Shown in pieces: positions 13,121 through 27,764 of a stretch of 63,238 nucleotides of DNA. The DNA comes from Gekko japonicus (Eukaryota). The stretch is taken from NCBI RefSeq assembly GCF_001447785.1, contig NW_015160882.1, forward strand, positions 151,916-215,153, in the 5' to 3' direction. Position 1 is the first letter of the stretch; each line of letters starts with the position of its first letter. Both the position numbers and the translations under genes were made by a program. Under the pieces are notes generated by a model. That model ran no database searches, had not been told where the DNA came from, and worked only from the letters and a program-made list of their open reading frames with translations.

Positions 13121-14159
13121 ATTTGCAAGTTGTGTATGTTGCAAAACTGAACTTGTCAACTGCTCTGGTTGGATCTTCTGTCTATTAAACGTACATTGAA
13201 TGTCTACAATTTCTAATCATTAGGGACGTGAGCTGTTTTCTCTTTTTAAAAAATCAGAAAATCCCAAGGGATAATACCTCATTCCCAGATGAGGAATATT
13301 TTGTTTGAAACAGAAAGGAGATGGCAACATTGCAAGAGCCGGGTAACATCTATTGATCAAACTCTATACAAGATATTTATTTACATAATGATCAGAATGA
13401 ACTCTAAGTGCAATCCTAAACAGAGTTACTCTCTAACTCCACTGAAATCATTTGATTACACTGTAACTTACCCTTTAATCAACCAGAAACTTGAATGGCT
13501 TGAGTTTTCCTCTGTAAACATACAGCATTCAATGCAATGGTGCATAAACAACCCCATTAATGAGATTTTGTAATTCTCCAAAAAAATTTAGCACCAGTGA
13601 GAATTTGTTTACATTACTAACAAATAACATCCTCCTGCAATGAACCTAAAAATGCTATGAGTGTAATTTTAATAAAATTAAAATAAATAAATAATTAAAA
13701 GTATAAAAATAATAAAGGTAAGCAAGTTTTTTAAATTACTTGGTTTGTTTTCTACTATTAAGCAGGAACTAGGTTGTGAATTTAAAATATTTTCAGTTGT
13801 TTAAGACAATTATCTTCTCTAATTTTACCAATTAAACTGAAACTTTTTCAAATGGCATAAAAATACAAGTCTCTTAATTATTTTATTTTTGCATTTAAGT
13901 ATTTATTTTGAACAGGAGCCCTATAGATTCGTACAGGCTTACCTAACGTCCAGTTGGCCTGATTCATAAATCTTTTGTAACAAATTAGACAGAAAAATGA
14001 TAGGTTTTGAAAACTAACCCATTGTTTAAGAAAAAAATAAATTCATTTTTATTGTTCATCCTTTCTAGAGCCAGTTAGCACCATAATATAGGTTTTACTT
14101 CCTTCTCTTTTTCACAATAAGGTGTTCACTCTCTCTTGAAAATGGTTGTGTTACGTAAC

Positions 14160-14395
14160 TGTAGTGGGGTACAGTGATCTCAGTGTTGGACTAGAACCTG
14201 GGAGACCCTGGATTGTATCTGCACTCATGCCATGGACACTGATTGGGTGACCCTGAGCCAGTCACACACTCTCACCTTAACCTACCTCACAGGTTTCTTG
14301 TGAGGATAAAATGGAGAAGAGAATTACATACACTGCTTTTGGTCACCACTAGAGAGAAAGGCAAGGTATAAATGAAGTGAATAAATAAATAAATA
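14160..14395 (+). mobile_element. Older CORE/MIR-like (Squam3-related) SINE
   Basis: tRNA-like head, CORE-like GGGTGACCCTGAGCCAGTCAC...CCTACCTCACAGG, and (AATA)n tail. Confidence 0.65.
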
Positions 14396-14911
14396 TCACT
14401 CCGAAGTTGAAGGCCACTGATTTCAGAATAAGAAGAGGGATATGCTATCTTTAAAGCATTTAATTATTTGGTATACTCATAATTCAGTTGTAAATAAAAA
14501 TAGCAACAGGTGCTCATATTAAGATTAGCTGTGCTGTTTTATTCTACTGTACACTTTGATTTGAAGGAATTTTATAAAATAATATTACTGTATGAACACG
14601 ACAGAAGATTTAGTAATTTAAATCCTTACTAAATAAATTCTGCATCTTGAGAGCACGACAGATTTAAAACCAAAGTCCCATTCCTTCAGGTTCTCTCATT
14701 ACTTCCACTTCTTATATTTTCAAAAACCTAGCTAAATATTTTCCTTTTTTTTAAGTATTAATTTTTAAGTCACTTCTCAGTCCTATAAATCTTTGTGCTC
14801 ATTCAGGGTGGCCGTTTTATTGCACTGCTTTGGTTTTTATTGGTTTCAATGAGAAACAGATTTTCAGCTGTGTTTTTAGACCATCCAAGTTAATAATGTA
14901 ATTCTCAGGGA

Positions 14912-15785
14912 TTGTTGTTGTTGTTGTTCAGTCACGCAGTCAAGTCCAACTCTTCACGGCCCCATGGACAACATCACAGCAGGCCCTCCTGTCCTCTGTC
15001 ATGCTCCGGAGTTTGCTTAATTCCGTGTTCGTTGCATCGATAACACTGCCTAACCATCTCATCCTTTGCTGTCCCCTTCTTCTTTGACCTTCAATCTTTC
15101 CCAGCATCAGGGTCTTCTCCAGTGAGTGCTCCCTTCTCATTTGGTGGCCAAAGTATTTGAACTTCAGCTTCAGTATCTGGCCTTCCAGGGAACAGTCAGG
15201 GTTGATTTCTTTTAGGATTGACTGATTTGATCTCCTTGCAGTCCAAGGGACTCTCAATAGTCTTCTTCAGCACCATAATCTGAAAGGAACTATTCTTCTG
15301 TGCTTGGCCTTCCTTATGGTCCATCTCTTGCAGCCACACATCACTACTGGGAATACCACTGCTTTGACCATACCGACTTCTGTTGGAAGGGTGATGTCTC
15401 TACTTTTTATTATGCTGTGTAGGTTTGCCATCGCTTTCCTCCCAAGGAGCAGGTGTCTTTTAATTTCATGGCTGAAGTCACCGTCTGCAGTTGGAACGTG
15501 AAGTCTGTCACTGCTTCCATGACTTCCCCTTCTATTTGCCAAGGAGTGATAGGGCCAGATGGCATGGTCTTAGTTTTTTTTGATGCTGAGTGTCAAGCCA
15601 ACTTTGCGCTCTCCTCTTTCACTTTGGGCAAGAGGCTCTTTAGGTCCTCTTCACTTTCTGCCATTAGAGTGCTATCGTCTGCATATCTGAGGTTGTTGAT
15701 GTTTTTCCCGGCAATCTTAATTCCAGTTTGTGATTCATCCAGGCCGGCATTTCGCATGATGTACTCTGCATATAAATTAAATAAG
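14912..15785 (-). mobile_element. BovB (RTE clade) LINE, 5'-truncated and frameshifted
   Basis: Peptides LFNLYAEYIMRNAGL...NNLRYADD, EIKRHLLLGRKAM and RVPWTARRSNQSIL...LEKTLMLGKIEG are characteristic of BovB RT. (CAA)n tail at about 14912-14927. Confidence 0.95.
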
Positions 15786-17841
15786 TACCCTTCACACAAA
15801 CAATCCTCCATGTCAATTTTCATGAAGAAAACTAGGCTGGGGCCATCTGTATTTAAATTTAAAAATAAGAACACAACAGCAAGGGAATTAAAATCCTGTC
15901 CCTTCTCACACTTTCCCTCAATGCAAGCAGTTTGGAAACATCTTCTGCTATCCCTAATTGGGCCTTAATTCACAAGTGCTGTTAAATTTACATTAAAATA
16001 TTTAAGAGGTTTCAGATTCATCCTCCATGACAACAACATGCAATCAAATTGTCTCTCTCTCTAGAGTCAGTGGTAGATCCTCCTGGTTCCTTCGGGAAAG
16101 TAAGGAGTGTGGCATTAGTTGCAACTTTTTCTCATTCTGCAACACTGTCTTCCTACAGGCCAGTATACACAAGCAAAAGGTTTACCCTTATACCTAGCAT
16201 ATGCAGTCCAAGTGCAAACACAGGCAACAAGCAAACAAGAGCAACTGAGCATATACAAAATCAAACTAAACCATCCCCCACCCCCACATTAGTAAGTGGT
16301 TTAACAGATTCTCAGAAAGGCAGACGGAAGCCAGTTCTACAGATAATGTGACTGATAGATAAATCTCTGCCACTAACATACCTGCTGAATCATTCTACTA
16401 CCTCCCTCTGACATTCCTGAACTCTAAACCAGACAGATATGCCAAAACAATAGTCAGATCTGAATGTCAGAGTATTACAAAGCATAGTTAATTTTCCAAA
16501 TTGGATCAGTTATTATAACAATGTAGAAGACAGGTGTGTATTCAGCCTGCGTTAGAATTAGTTAATCTCTGACTTGCATATCCCTTCAACATAATACAAA
16601 TTTGAAATACAATTTAAGCGTCTACTAAAAACAGCTTAATGTATTTTTCTTCAGTGAGAGATATACCGTCTAGTTACAATGATGAACTAAGTTCTCTGAA
16701 AATGGTCAACATTAGGATCAGGAAAACATAGTCAATACCCTGAACATGCAGTCTTTTTTACTTACCTGACAAAGTTGAAATTGACTTCAAAGATAGTCCA
16801 GAGATCTCTTAAGATATTGACTGAAACCATTCTTTTGTCAGTCAAGGAAGCTAAAGCACCTAGGCTCAATGACTGGAATACTTTTCATCTTGGCTGACAA
16901 CCTAAGAAGTAGTCTGTTTCAGAGGTCAGCCAAAGAAAATATAAAATGCCAGCCTTGAACATAAATTGCTTATTGATAGAAATACAGGTAGACATAAATT
17001 AGATATACTGAATTGCATATATTGTGAACAATCCCCCCCCCCAAAGGTTCACAAGCAAAAGTACATAAAACTGAAAGATGTAGAATTTATATTGGTTGAA
17101 TGATTACAATGTATTTCATGTACTGCATTTTTGACCAAACAAGAAATGTTTTCCACATGATAATGCTTTCAGTTCTCATTGTTAGTTTTGGCAGAGACCA
17201 CAGTTACAACAGGAAATAAAAATTACATTAGTCAGGAAGGAAGCTAATGAGTTTTCCCTCCCTCAAATGCCATTAGACACTTCCTGAATAAAGGGAAAGC
17301 ACATTAGTATAACGAGGGGACATAAGGAATCAAAAAGATACTGCTACCATTTGATTAAAATTATGAAAAATAGCTACTAGTGATGGCATATTAGGTTAGT
17401 TAATCTATTATAACATGCTCCTTACGACCTTCTCAAGTGCTCAGCAGCTAAGGTGATATATGTCTCAAACAACATAGCTACCATTATTTTTACGTACACC
17501 ACTGCAACACTGTCTTGTTAATTAGCAGCATTAAAATAATACAGGTATGTATGAAGTTGTACATTATCACAATTTCTTATTAATCGAAAGAAACTGGACT
17601 TCAACTGAAGATGAAAAATCCCTTTCCTTACGGTTTGTCCTCTAAACATTAAAAACCTGATTAGCTAATTGCACAATCTATATAGAAAGTCAGTTCCTAT
17701 CACTGCCTCTCTGCTCTCTAACTCCTCACAGTTCCTTTTCCCTTAGGCTTTCAAATCAAATTGCTTTCCAGCTGAAGTCATGGTATCATCACCCAGGTAG
17801 CTTTTTACATGTTAACTCTTGAAATAAGGGTGCTCACAACA

Positions 17842-17883
17842 CAATGCTCCCTCTAAGCTGTGGAGTCTTGTGAGCAAAAATGC
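17842..17883. mobile_element. Truncated end of the hAT MITE seen at 2042 and 38376
   Basis: CAATGCTCCCTCTAAGCTGTGGAGTCTTGTGAGCAAAAA. Confidence 0.75.
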
Positions 17884-20800
17884 AATTGCACAACCAGCAT
17901 GCTCTTGAAAAAGGCATGCTCATACCATTATGTATAACATATTTTTGAATTAGTTAGCCATTAAACAACAGTAAAACTATGCAAATTTGCAAACAGAAAA
18001 CACATTAGCCAATGGAAGGATGTCTCTCCTAGGAAGAATGTTTTGTATACTGTTTCATATATTTCTGAGCAGTGAATAAACATGAGTCACATTTCAACTT
18101 TTATCTACACAAAAGGATTTAACTTGAGAACAGAAATAATCCAATTTTCTTAATACAGCAGAAACCTGAGCTTTAAGTACAAATAAATGTGAAACTCCTA
18201 ATAAAATTATGAAGCAAAGTGATTTTGAAAAGGTATAACTGCTTACAGAATCAGGATCCAGACATTTCATACAAAAACAATGAAAATCAAAATGAGTGAA
18301 TTTAGGGGAATTATTGCTTCAGTGCAGCTGATATTTAAAATAGTTTTAAAATCTCTTTCTCTAAGGGTGTTAAATACTGAATGTTACAATCTCTGAAAAA
18401 ACATGGCATTAGGAAAAATATGAGTGATACATTAAATGTTCTACTGTCTTTTGATTTGAAATTGGTTACAATGCCCTCAGCCTACTCTAGCTTTTCTTTT
18501 CCCTCACTGCTTTGATTGAAGTGATCCATCCATGGAAGGTGCTGGCAAAAGCAGGTATTTGCCTTATTCTCTTGACTTCAGCAGTCCCTTCCAGCTCCAC
18601 CCCCCCTCCCAATTCCTGGGCAGCCTCTAGTGTTAACTGGATCATGCAAGCCCACCATTTATTGAGAGGACTCTGCTTTTAAGGGGACTACTTTCACTAG
18701 ATATACTTTCTGGATCCTTATACAGCCAGCATTTTTTTGGGGGGGGGGAAACGCCTTATTAAACAAGGAATTTCCCTGCTGGTTACTAAAATTAAATTTA
18801 TCATCATCAATTGCAACTGTATTCATGAGCCCCTGATCCAGAATGCTACATAGCCTTCAAGTATAGCCATGTTTTCTAAAGTTTCAATTGTGTGAGAATA
18901 ATCCTTACACTTAATACCAAGGACTGGCCCTACAGATAGCCAAGGCTGTCCAACCATGTCCATGAGCTTTCTATACTTTTGTGACTTAATTTTTTTGTTC
19001 CACGTACATAACCTAATCACATTATTTTTAACAGGAAGTTTTCAGAGAAGGGAGGGTAGGAGAAGAAATCGAAAGATTATAATTTTTCAAGGTTATCTCC
19101 TTTACTGCATTTCAACTGCTTCATAAAGCATAAACAAGACATTTATGTACCACTAAATCACTGTTTCATGTTCTAATGAATCAGCAAAAATAAAACCTTT
19201 GCACTAAAACATGAACAAAAACTGCAAAGCTTCAAAACTGAGCCGGTGTAGCCTAATGTTTCAGGCACAGGTGGCTGAAGCCCTATACTTGATAAACACC
19301 CACTGTGTCACCATTGCAAAAATACAAGCAACTGGCCTCAGATTTTGATTGAACATAGTATAATTTTTTGATACTGTTACAGTTCAGAGGCTCCACACAA
19401 CCACTTTCTTAAGAGCTTGGGTCTTGAATTTTACCTCACATTAAGTACTACTAAGGCCACTACCAATTCCAAAGCAATGCTGCTATTGCTTTCTCCCCAT
19501 CCCAAAGCAATGGTCATACATTATTCATTATTCAAGATACTATCCATATCTTACATGGATATTAAGATATTAAGCATATTAAGATATGATCCATATCTTA
19601 CATTATTCATTTCTCTAAGGCCTATGTTCATCACATCATCAGGCAAAACTCTCTTTCATGCATTTATTTTGACACTTGAATTGAATCCACTCACAAGATC
19701 AGGGTCTTGAAAGGGAGCTGAAACATGCAAATACTGAAAACCTACTGATTTCATTACAAGGATGTGAAACATATGAAAAGACAACAAAATCAAACATGCA
19801 AAAAGCCTAAAAAAGTCAACAGGGAGGATATCCTGACAAGTGATTCTTGGCTATTACTATAATAACTAACCATACATGAATCACAGCTCGTAGACATTCA
19901 GCAACTGCAGCAAAGCCTAGAAAAATCTCTGTGGTACAGTGATGTCTGACCACTATTATGTAATTATGTTTCAAACATTTACACAGAAAGATATCATTTA
20001 CATTGGTTTTAAAATGTGTGCACATTATTTAGTTATTCTAAGTGCTGTCTGTGAAGTTGGTTTGAGGGTATGGCTGGTGGTGACCTAAGTCAGATGATTT
20101 TGAGGGATAGCAGCATCCATCTGTCCCATGCTGCTTGACCTCCCCTTCCCCAAGAGCAAGAGCACCTAACACCTCCTCTTCATTCTTCAGACTTCATATA
20201 CAATGTTAGGCTATGCATATCCAGCAGAGCTTCCCAAACTGGGCATGTGTGGCTTTGCTACACAAGATTGAAAGATGCCTGGAAAACTAGAAGGGAAAGA
20301 CCACTAGTTACTCTGGCTACTGAACAAGGGCAGCAAGATGGTGGGGTTGAGAAGACAATGCTAAGGGGTGGCAGACAAGGGCATTTATCCACGTGGGTTC
20401 AAGAGACAGTGTAAGCTACAGCTTAATAGTGGAAGAAATAGAGTACAGTATGAAGAGAACTGTCCACTACTTTTTGGCTCTCCAATCCTTGATATTGCAG
20501 AATACTAGAATACTAAGTTTAGTTGTTATAACCTTCCACACTAGGAAGGACTTTCAGTGACCAGAAGTTTAGACCTTCTGGTTATATTTGGTTCTTTTAA
20601 GAAAATTCTGATTACGCCTCTGGTACAAAAGAGAAGAACAAACAGCTGACACATATGGGGCTGTAAATTGACCTGGGGTAGAAATACTACCTCAGCATAT
20701 ATATGTTCACATCAGGCAACAAACAGAGATAATTGCTTCCGCCTCTGAAGCACCATACTAATTAGGAGATAAAATGATTATTTCAGGGACTGCATATATT

Positions 20801-22145
20801 CGTTAAACAAAGGGGGGGAAAGGAAAAGAGTTTCAAAGGGAGCGTCACTGAAGAAGAGATCGTATTAAATATCAACAAGCAGCAGCATGTTACTTTGTTG
20901 GCATGGATTGAAAAACTAGTACTGCAAAGAAATAAATGCTGACGAAGTACAATATATTACCAAGCACACAATATTTATGGGGGGGGGGGGGGCCGGACAC
21001 AATGAACCCACACCTTTAGGAGTAAGTATTTCCAAGACTTAAAAACTTGAAATTCAGCTAGCATTTATTCTGGAACTGAGGGTGGCATGGGGTTCCATGA
21101 CAGAAGAACAGCAGAATATAAATGTATTAATGATCAATAATAAATGTTAGCTGAAGCTCAAGGTTTTTCATTGGAAATCATTACTCATAAAGGAATACGT
21201 TCATTTCTACCCTCCCAAGTAGTATTTTGGGAAGATCCACACATTATTAATTTCCACACAACTGCTGCATGATGTGCATTCATACTACATCCAGTCCCCC
21301 CTCCAAAAAAATTAAGAGAAAATTATTATATTGAAAGAAAAGTCCCTAATCACAATGGCTCACTGCCACCACTACCTACTGGCAACACAGCAACTTCCTG
21401 TATCAGATTCAAGTAATTGTGTTTCCTTAATACAGACTTGTGAAAATATATACTATTATTAGTCAATGTTGTTTTTCTTTTAAATCATTTGTTATTTTGC
21501 ATGAACAACAAACTGATCATTAAAAGACACTAATGGCCCTACAGAACACTTAGTTTATACTTGAAGAGATCTTTAGGAATGCATTTGTTTCATGAAGTAT
21601 GTGCTGGCCAAATTGGGACAATGGATGGTACAGTTATTTGAGAACACTTAAGAATTGACTTGCTGAATCATTATATATACACAATACTATAATTGACCAA
21701 GATCCATCTAGTTCAGTACTCTGTATCCATTAGACAGCCAGATACTCCAAGGAAGCTGTATTGCTTTTTAAGCAAGAATGAAAAGTAGGAACAGGGTTAA
21801 ACAGCTGAATAATTTGCGATTTAACTTGGATGTAAAACCTGACTTTTCAGGTTTTGAGTAAAGAAAACTCTGAGTATTAAAAACTGAGGTCAAAAGAGCT
21901 TTGGAAGAATTCTGCCACAACATAATGTGAATACAATTAATAATAGTAGCTGAAGTTTCATCAAAGAAACCCTGTCTAATAGCATCAGGACTACTTTCCC
22001 TCCTGAACGTGTTGTAGAGAGAGGCACCTTAAAGTTCTCTTCTGACCCTCTTGCCTTGAATATAGTATACATTTCTTTCTCAACTCCACATGAAACAATT
22101 TATCCTCAAAAATAAATTCCAGTAAAAACTTAAAAGACTAACAAC

Positions 22146-22285
22146 ATTTATTTTAGCATAAGCTTTTGTAAGCCAGATATCACTTTCTTAGATAAAAAGG
22201 CTTTCTGCTGGGTCTAATTGGATGTACACTTCTGTGCATCTGAGAAAGTGAGCTCTGACTCACAAAAGCTCAGGATGAAATAAAT
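22146..22285. mobile_element. Penelope-like remnant: inverted pair of degenerate pLTR/hammerhead segments
   Basis: CATCTGAGAAAGTGAGCTCTGACTCACAAAAGCTCA (+) faces an inverted copy at about 22146-22193; similar to 45141-45190. Confidence 0.6.
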
Positions 22286-22335
22286 ATATGATTTTACAAC
22301 AGCAAGTGGGTGATGATGAACTGAGTGGTGGATGT

Positions 22336-22346
22336 NNNNNNNNNNN
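22336..22346. other. Assembly gap (11 N)
   Basis: Run of N. Confidence 0.99.
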
Positions 22347-25300
22347 TCCTCCCATCCTTCTCCGCTAGTGTTCCTCTCCCTCTAAGTATCGCTGCTCTCG
22401 TTTTCCTCTGGCTTGAGTTTAGAGAAGACTTCAGCGTCTGGCCGGGTGACTACAGCAACTCCACGGTATCACCCAATGTCTTTAAAGATGGCTTCACAAG
22501 ACTTCATAGGCCAGTTTTGGTAGCCATGGTGACCAAATGCAACTCTTGCTGTACAGCACAGCTTGTTCGCAGAGTACAATGACCTTGACCAAGCATGAGG
22601 TATCCCATTTGATTACTGAACCTTGGCTGAAAGCACTGTATTCTGAAGTAAGGCCCCCTGGCACAGTGGGAGGTAAAGCAGCCAACAATGGTATTCGAAG
22701 TTTCATGAGACTTCAGGCACTATTTCTTTGCTGTACTACTGGTTTGTGATGTGTCCCAGATGCATATGAAGACCATAGGAAGCTGGGGTGAGGGACAAAT
22801 TGGCAATTGAATTGCATTTCTCTGAATACTTCAACTCCCCCAGATACACACCTGGAAAGAGTGAACCAGGTCAACCCCACATATGAGACATTTACCTAGG
22901 CCTGAGAGGTGTAGCCAATAAAAAGCCATGATTAGTTATTCTAGAAACTACCTTTTTAGTTCTTATAAGCAGCTCTGTTTTTCTTTTGGGATAATTTTTG
23001 CTATTCTCAGATCCCAAAAACTCCCTTTAAGTTGGCTCATTCATTTTCCATTGTCTTCCTGGCCCTGTGCCTAGGAATGAGAGATGGTTCTTTCATTCTT
23101 CTCTTTAATTAAAACTTATGAAGGCCGGATGATTTGCTTTTAGACTGAAGGAAGCTCTCACTATGACATGGCAAGGTTTCAAAACCCTAGGCATAAAGAC
23201 TTTACACACTGTGTAGCACATCATCAGGTATAATTAATGTTGGAGGAGGATGGGTGGAGATGAGAAGTTACAAATAAGTAAATAATTCAAGTGACCAGAG
23301 GCATATAGAAATTCCAATCTTCAGAAGAATCTGTTCCCTTCTCTAAACTTTAGGTTCTATTAGCCCTTTTTCTGGTAACATCTCCTGACTAGTTCCCAGT
23401 GATTTAAAATATCAATATAGACCATTTCATGATCATATATTGCAATAATTAACAAATAGTAGTGAGTTTAAAACAGATTTTTCTTTTCTTTTGCCAATGC
23501 ATTTTTTCCAGCCACTTATAAATCCAAATGGCCTAAACTCATCTGATTTCACACTCATTCTTTAGCCCCCATATTTCCCAAAAAGGCATAAAAAAATGCT
23601 GTTCAGTGTTGGATTTGGCTTTGGTGTGGAAAGGGGCATACAGCAGAAAACAGAACTGGCTTAAATTGCTACTACATGTTTATATAAGCCACTGCTCTAT
23701 TCATATAAAGGGGTAGGGATTTCCACCGATTCCACTTCCAATCACAGCCCTTGGGCCACATGCAACATTGCTCCCAGCATTTCTCTTCCCCCCATATTTT
23801 TCAGGGAGTATAGAGGGCTGGACAAAGGGTAAGGTAGTAATCATCCTTTCAGGGAAGTCTGATTCATTTATGGATATTTGGATTCAACCTGTGAAAACAG
23901 AAAATTCACAAGAGACAGAGGGTGCCCATCATTTATGCATTTTATAACCATTTTATAAAATTTCAGTGAAAGACTCACCATATTTATTGAAGAAAATGAG
24001 AACAACTTAAAAAGTTATAATCCCATCAATACATTGAAATTTGATGTTATAATCCCAGGTTTAAAGCCCCATGAGTATGAAGCAGGGTGGCCTTGGCCTA
24101 GTCACTATGGCAGAGTTCTCACCAAAGATGATAAGCCTGTGTCTGCTTAGCAAAATTTCTGACTGCAAGTGGCAGCTCACATGACTTAATGTTCCGCCAT
24201 TAAAAAAAAATCTAATCTTTTACACAGAGAATTAGATGTCTGAGAGAATGTAACCTGACATTCTAGTTTCTACCTGTAGCTATGCCCCCTGGTTTGCATA
24301 AAAATTTGAAATCTAAAAAAGAGGGAATTAAAGCTCTCCCCAAATAACAGAAGGAACACCTCTAGTTTTAAGAGATGAATGCCCCCTGAGGTCTTGCAAG
24401 ACTACACTCTGAGACGTAGGTGGCCATCTTTGGGGGTTGCTATGCAATCACAACAATATTGCTGAGCCTTCCAAACCTCTACATTTGGCCCAAACTACAC
24501 ATTATATTTATCCAGGGCTTTTTCTATGGCATGCAAGCGGGTTGAGGAGGGCTCACAAGTGAGCAGGGAAAGGGCATGTAGCCAGGGAAGGAAGACAAGT
24601 TGGAGGTTGTGATGGAAGTATGGGGGCCCTCAGGCTCCCCCCTTCTGCTTTCCCCTGCAGTCTTTCTGCTTTCCTCCAACTTGATTTCCCAGTCCTCTAT
24701 GAAAGCTAGAGCAGCCTTTGATTAAAGGGACCAGAATGTAGTAAGAATGAAGCATGCCCTCGTTAGAGCACATCTTTATAGAAGCACAAGCAAGAGCTGC
24801 TTGCTCTGGTTTGACATTATGACAAACCATAATTAAGTTTCCGTAACCATGGTTTGGCTTTATGCTTGAGGTAAAAAGATCCTTACCATATAGCAACTGT
24901 GCTTGTTAGACAAATGCACTCTAAATGTGGATAATTCAACTGTGACAGTATCAGGAGGCAGCCTCATCTTCCTGAAAGCCAATGACAGTGGGCTGAGTCA
25001 TTTAACTGAACTGTACCAAACCATCCAGAAAACAACAACAACACAACTGCTCATGTTTATTAAACCCAAAGGCTATATTTGCAAATGGCTGTATGAAGGG
25101 AACATGTCCTTCACTGTTTGATACTAATATGGGAAATCTTTCTCTTCCTTCAGGAAGATATCATAAAGGCAGTTGGGTGCAATTCAAAAAACCTCAGAAC
25201 AATATTAAACAGAAAACTGCTGAGCATCTAGAACAAAGAGTATTGACAACACTACACTGTTTAGGTCCCAAAAGAGTACATTTAGAAACCAAGTAACTGG

Positions 25301-27344
25301 AAATAAATGCTGAAATAATTCCATGGTTCACCAAACATATGCAATAATATGTTGATACTAGTAAATTTACAGGTAATGAATCTGAACGTCTAACAGGTCA
25401 GGATTAAAAATTAAAACAGAAGTGGATGCCATTTTCAGAAGTGGGAGCTGTTTTCTGGTGTCACTTCTTTGTCATAAGCACTACCACCAATGGAAGGTTG
25501 TTTTCTTAAGGTAATCAATTGTATCACATATTTTGTTATTTTAAGAAGAATTGAGAAAATTGGACTTATATTAAAACTCACATTTGACAGTTGAAAATGA
25601 GTCACCTACATGCAGTAGTAACTAAGACATAGGAAACACTAAACTTGATCCATGTCAACAAATTGTGCATACCCACTATCAGTTATGTTCCAGTGGCTGA
25701 CATACTTGATATCATATTGCCCAATACTCATTTCATTTAATCCTTCTGAATTTTACACTTTTTAGTTTCACTGTTTGTTGCTTAGTTTTGGGATCCTGTG
25801 ACAAGTAGAACACAACAGTCACTATTAACTATAAGCAATGCTTCAGAAAGGAGGAACAGTGTTTTTAAAAATTCACATCAAATTCAAATTAACTCAGTTT
25901 TAAAACGAAGAAGATTCACTATGTATGCTCCAACTGTCTTGATTCATCTGGGAACAGCTACAATTTTCTGACTCACTGCCTTCTAATTGACCTGATTTCC
26001 CTTTTTCTTTTATGCATATATGCACACGAACCTGCGCATGTGCCATGGTATACAAGAGAAGACAACTAGACCTTAGCTATCTGTACAGGTTTAAATCTAT
26101 CAGCCTTATTACTGGAGGGTCCCCTCTCGGAGTATGATCTCTGTGCTTGCCCACACTCCTAGTAATGATCACAGAAAGAGAAAACTTTGAGCTAACCACC
26201 CCCTCCAATGTCACGGGGAAAAGACTCTCCCTATCACCATGCAAGCCCAGATGTGTATGTCACCTTCACTACAAGTCTGAAGCCCACTAACACTGTTGCT
26301 GATGATCAATATTACTTTCCTGGCAGCTGCTTCACACTACCTGCAACTGGAGACTGTTGAATTCAGGGAGAGGAGAAAAGAAGCCTCACCTTAGGTAGAG
26401 AGAAAAACAGGATGCTTGTATGCCATGGAGTGGAGTAGGCTGTTCAGAATCCTGGCTCAAGACATGTGGGCAGTGCTTCAAACAGGGACATGAAAAGCAG
26501 TGCCTCACCTTAGCAGTAAATGAACAGGGACAGGTTAGTGTGGTAAGATATACTCTGGCCATGTATAGAGACAATCTTTATCATGTTACCTACTCAAAAC
26601 TCAGCCCCATAGGTCCAAGAGACCTATAGGTCCATATACTTTGCATTCAGAAAAGTATGTTCAATTCCTGGTTACCTCGAGTTAAAGATTGTCTACTAAT
26701 AGGTCTCCAAAAGACATTTATCTGCCTCAGACACTAGAAAGCCACTTCCATTTAGAGTAGACCACTGTTCTAGGGTATCTGCCAGTGCCCCACCAGCTCA
26801 GTATGCTTGACCTACAACCTCTCCAGGCACCTCTCAGCACAACTGCATCACAAATAGTGATTTTAAAATCTCACAGCAGTTCTTCATTTCTAAAATCAGG
26901 CAGTGTGAGAACTCAGCCATCACTAAACGAATTCCATCCTCCAAGATGACTGCTACTTAATTCTTAAGAACCAACTAGAGGTGGTTAGCTATCCATCTGA
27001 AAAGTAAAGGCACTCTATATATGTTCCAAAACACCATCATCTTAGTTATTATTTCACATTTTCTAGGTCAGAGCTTTGACTAAAGTTTTGAAGCTAAACT
27101 CTGGATCTTTCCTTAAATTAGGCCCGTGGTTAATGGTGTGGGCCTATGGCATAATGTGAATTTTTCTGTGTACATGAGCAGATTTTGTTTAAGAACATGG
27201 CATTTGCAAGAAAGGATTTGCCAGAGATTATGTGAACATGTATTTAAAATCATGTATACAACATCCTACCCAACCTTGCACTCTTTGTTTCAGTTAGTGG
27301 TAATTACGAACAAATCAGAGTAGAATTCACTAACAAAGATACAG

Positions 27345-27764
27345 AGATCTGTATTTGGCTCCCGAAATAGCCACGCCCGAATAAAAACTGATATTATTCA
27401 GCTTTTATTGGCTTTTGTTCGGCGCAGCTAAATGCATTCAGTTCACTGGCCAAGTCAGGCTGCCACGACGGCACAACTCAGCAAGGGAACTGAATGCATC
27501 TAAACTTTAAATGCCTTCAGTTCACTTGTGAAGTCACAATGCTGCTGCAGCATGACTCAACGAGTGAAATTCTCCATTATACCCTATGGGGACAGTCCCC
27601 ATAGGGTATAATGGAGCTGAATAAATTCAGGTTTCCCAAATATTTACCCAAATACCAGTACAATACCAATACTGGTATTTGGAAATATTTGGGAATACTG
27701 ATATTTTTTCAGATCCAAGAGACCTGAATCGGTAAAAAACCAAAACTTTTTTTGCACACCCCTA
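27345..27764. mobile_element. hAT-like non-autonomous element with several internal palindromes
   Basis: Right end TTTTGCACACCCCTA. Internal hairpins CCATTATACCCTATGGGGAC/GTCCCCATAGGGTATAATGG and CCAAATACCAGTA/TACTGGTATTTGG. Confidence 0.55.

Noticed and set aside
16759-16870. Perfect minus-strand donor CAG|GTAAGT suggesting an extra SSBP2 exon
   Set aside because: No convincing upstream acceptor and no SSBP2-like peptide; the expected exon 5 (SAAAAPSPV...) is not here.
22347-22750. ORFs next to the N gap
   Set aside because: No recognisable protein similarity or splice structure; the boundary is unreliable.
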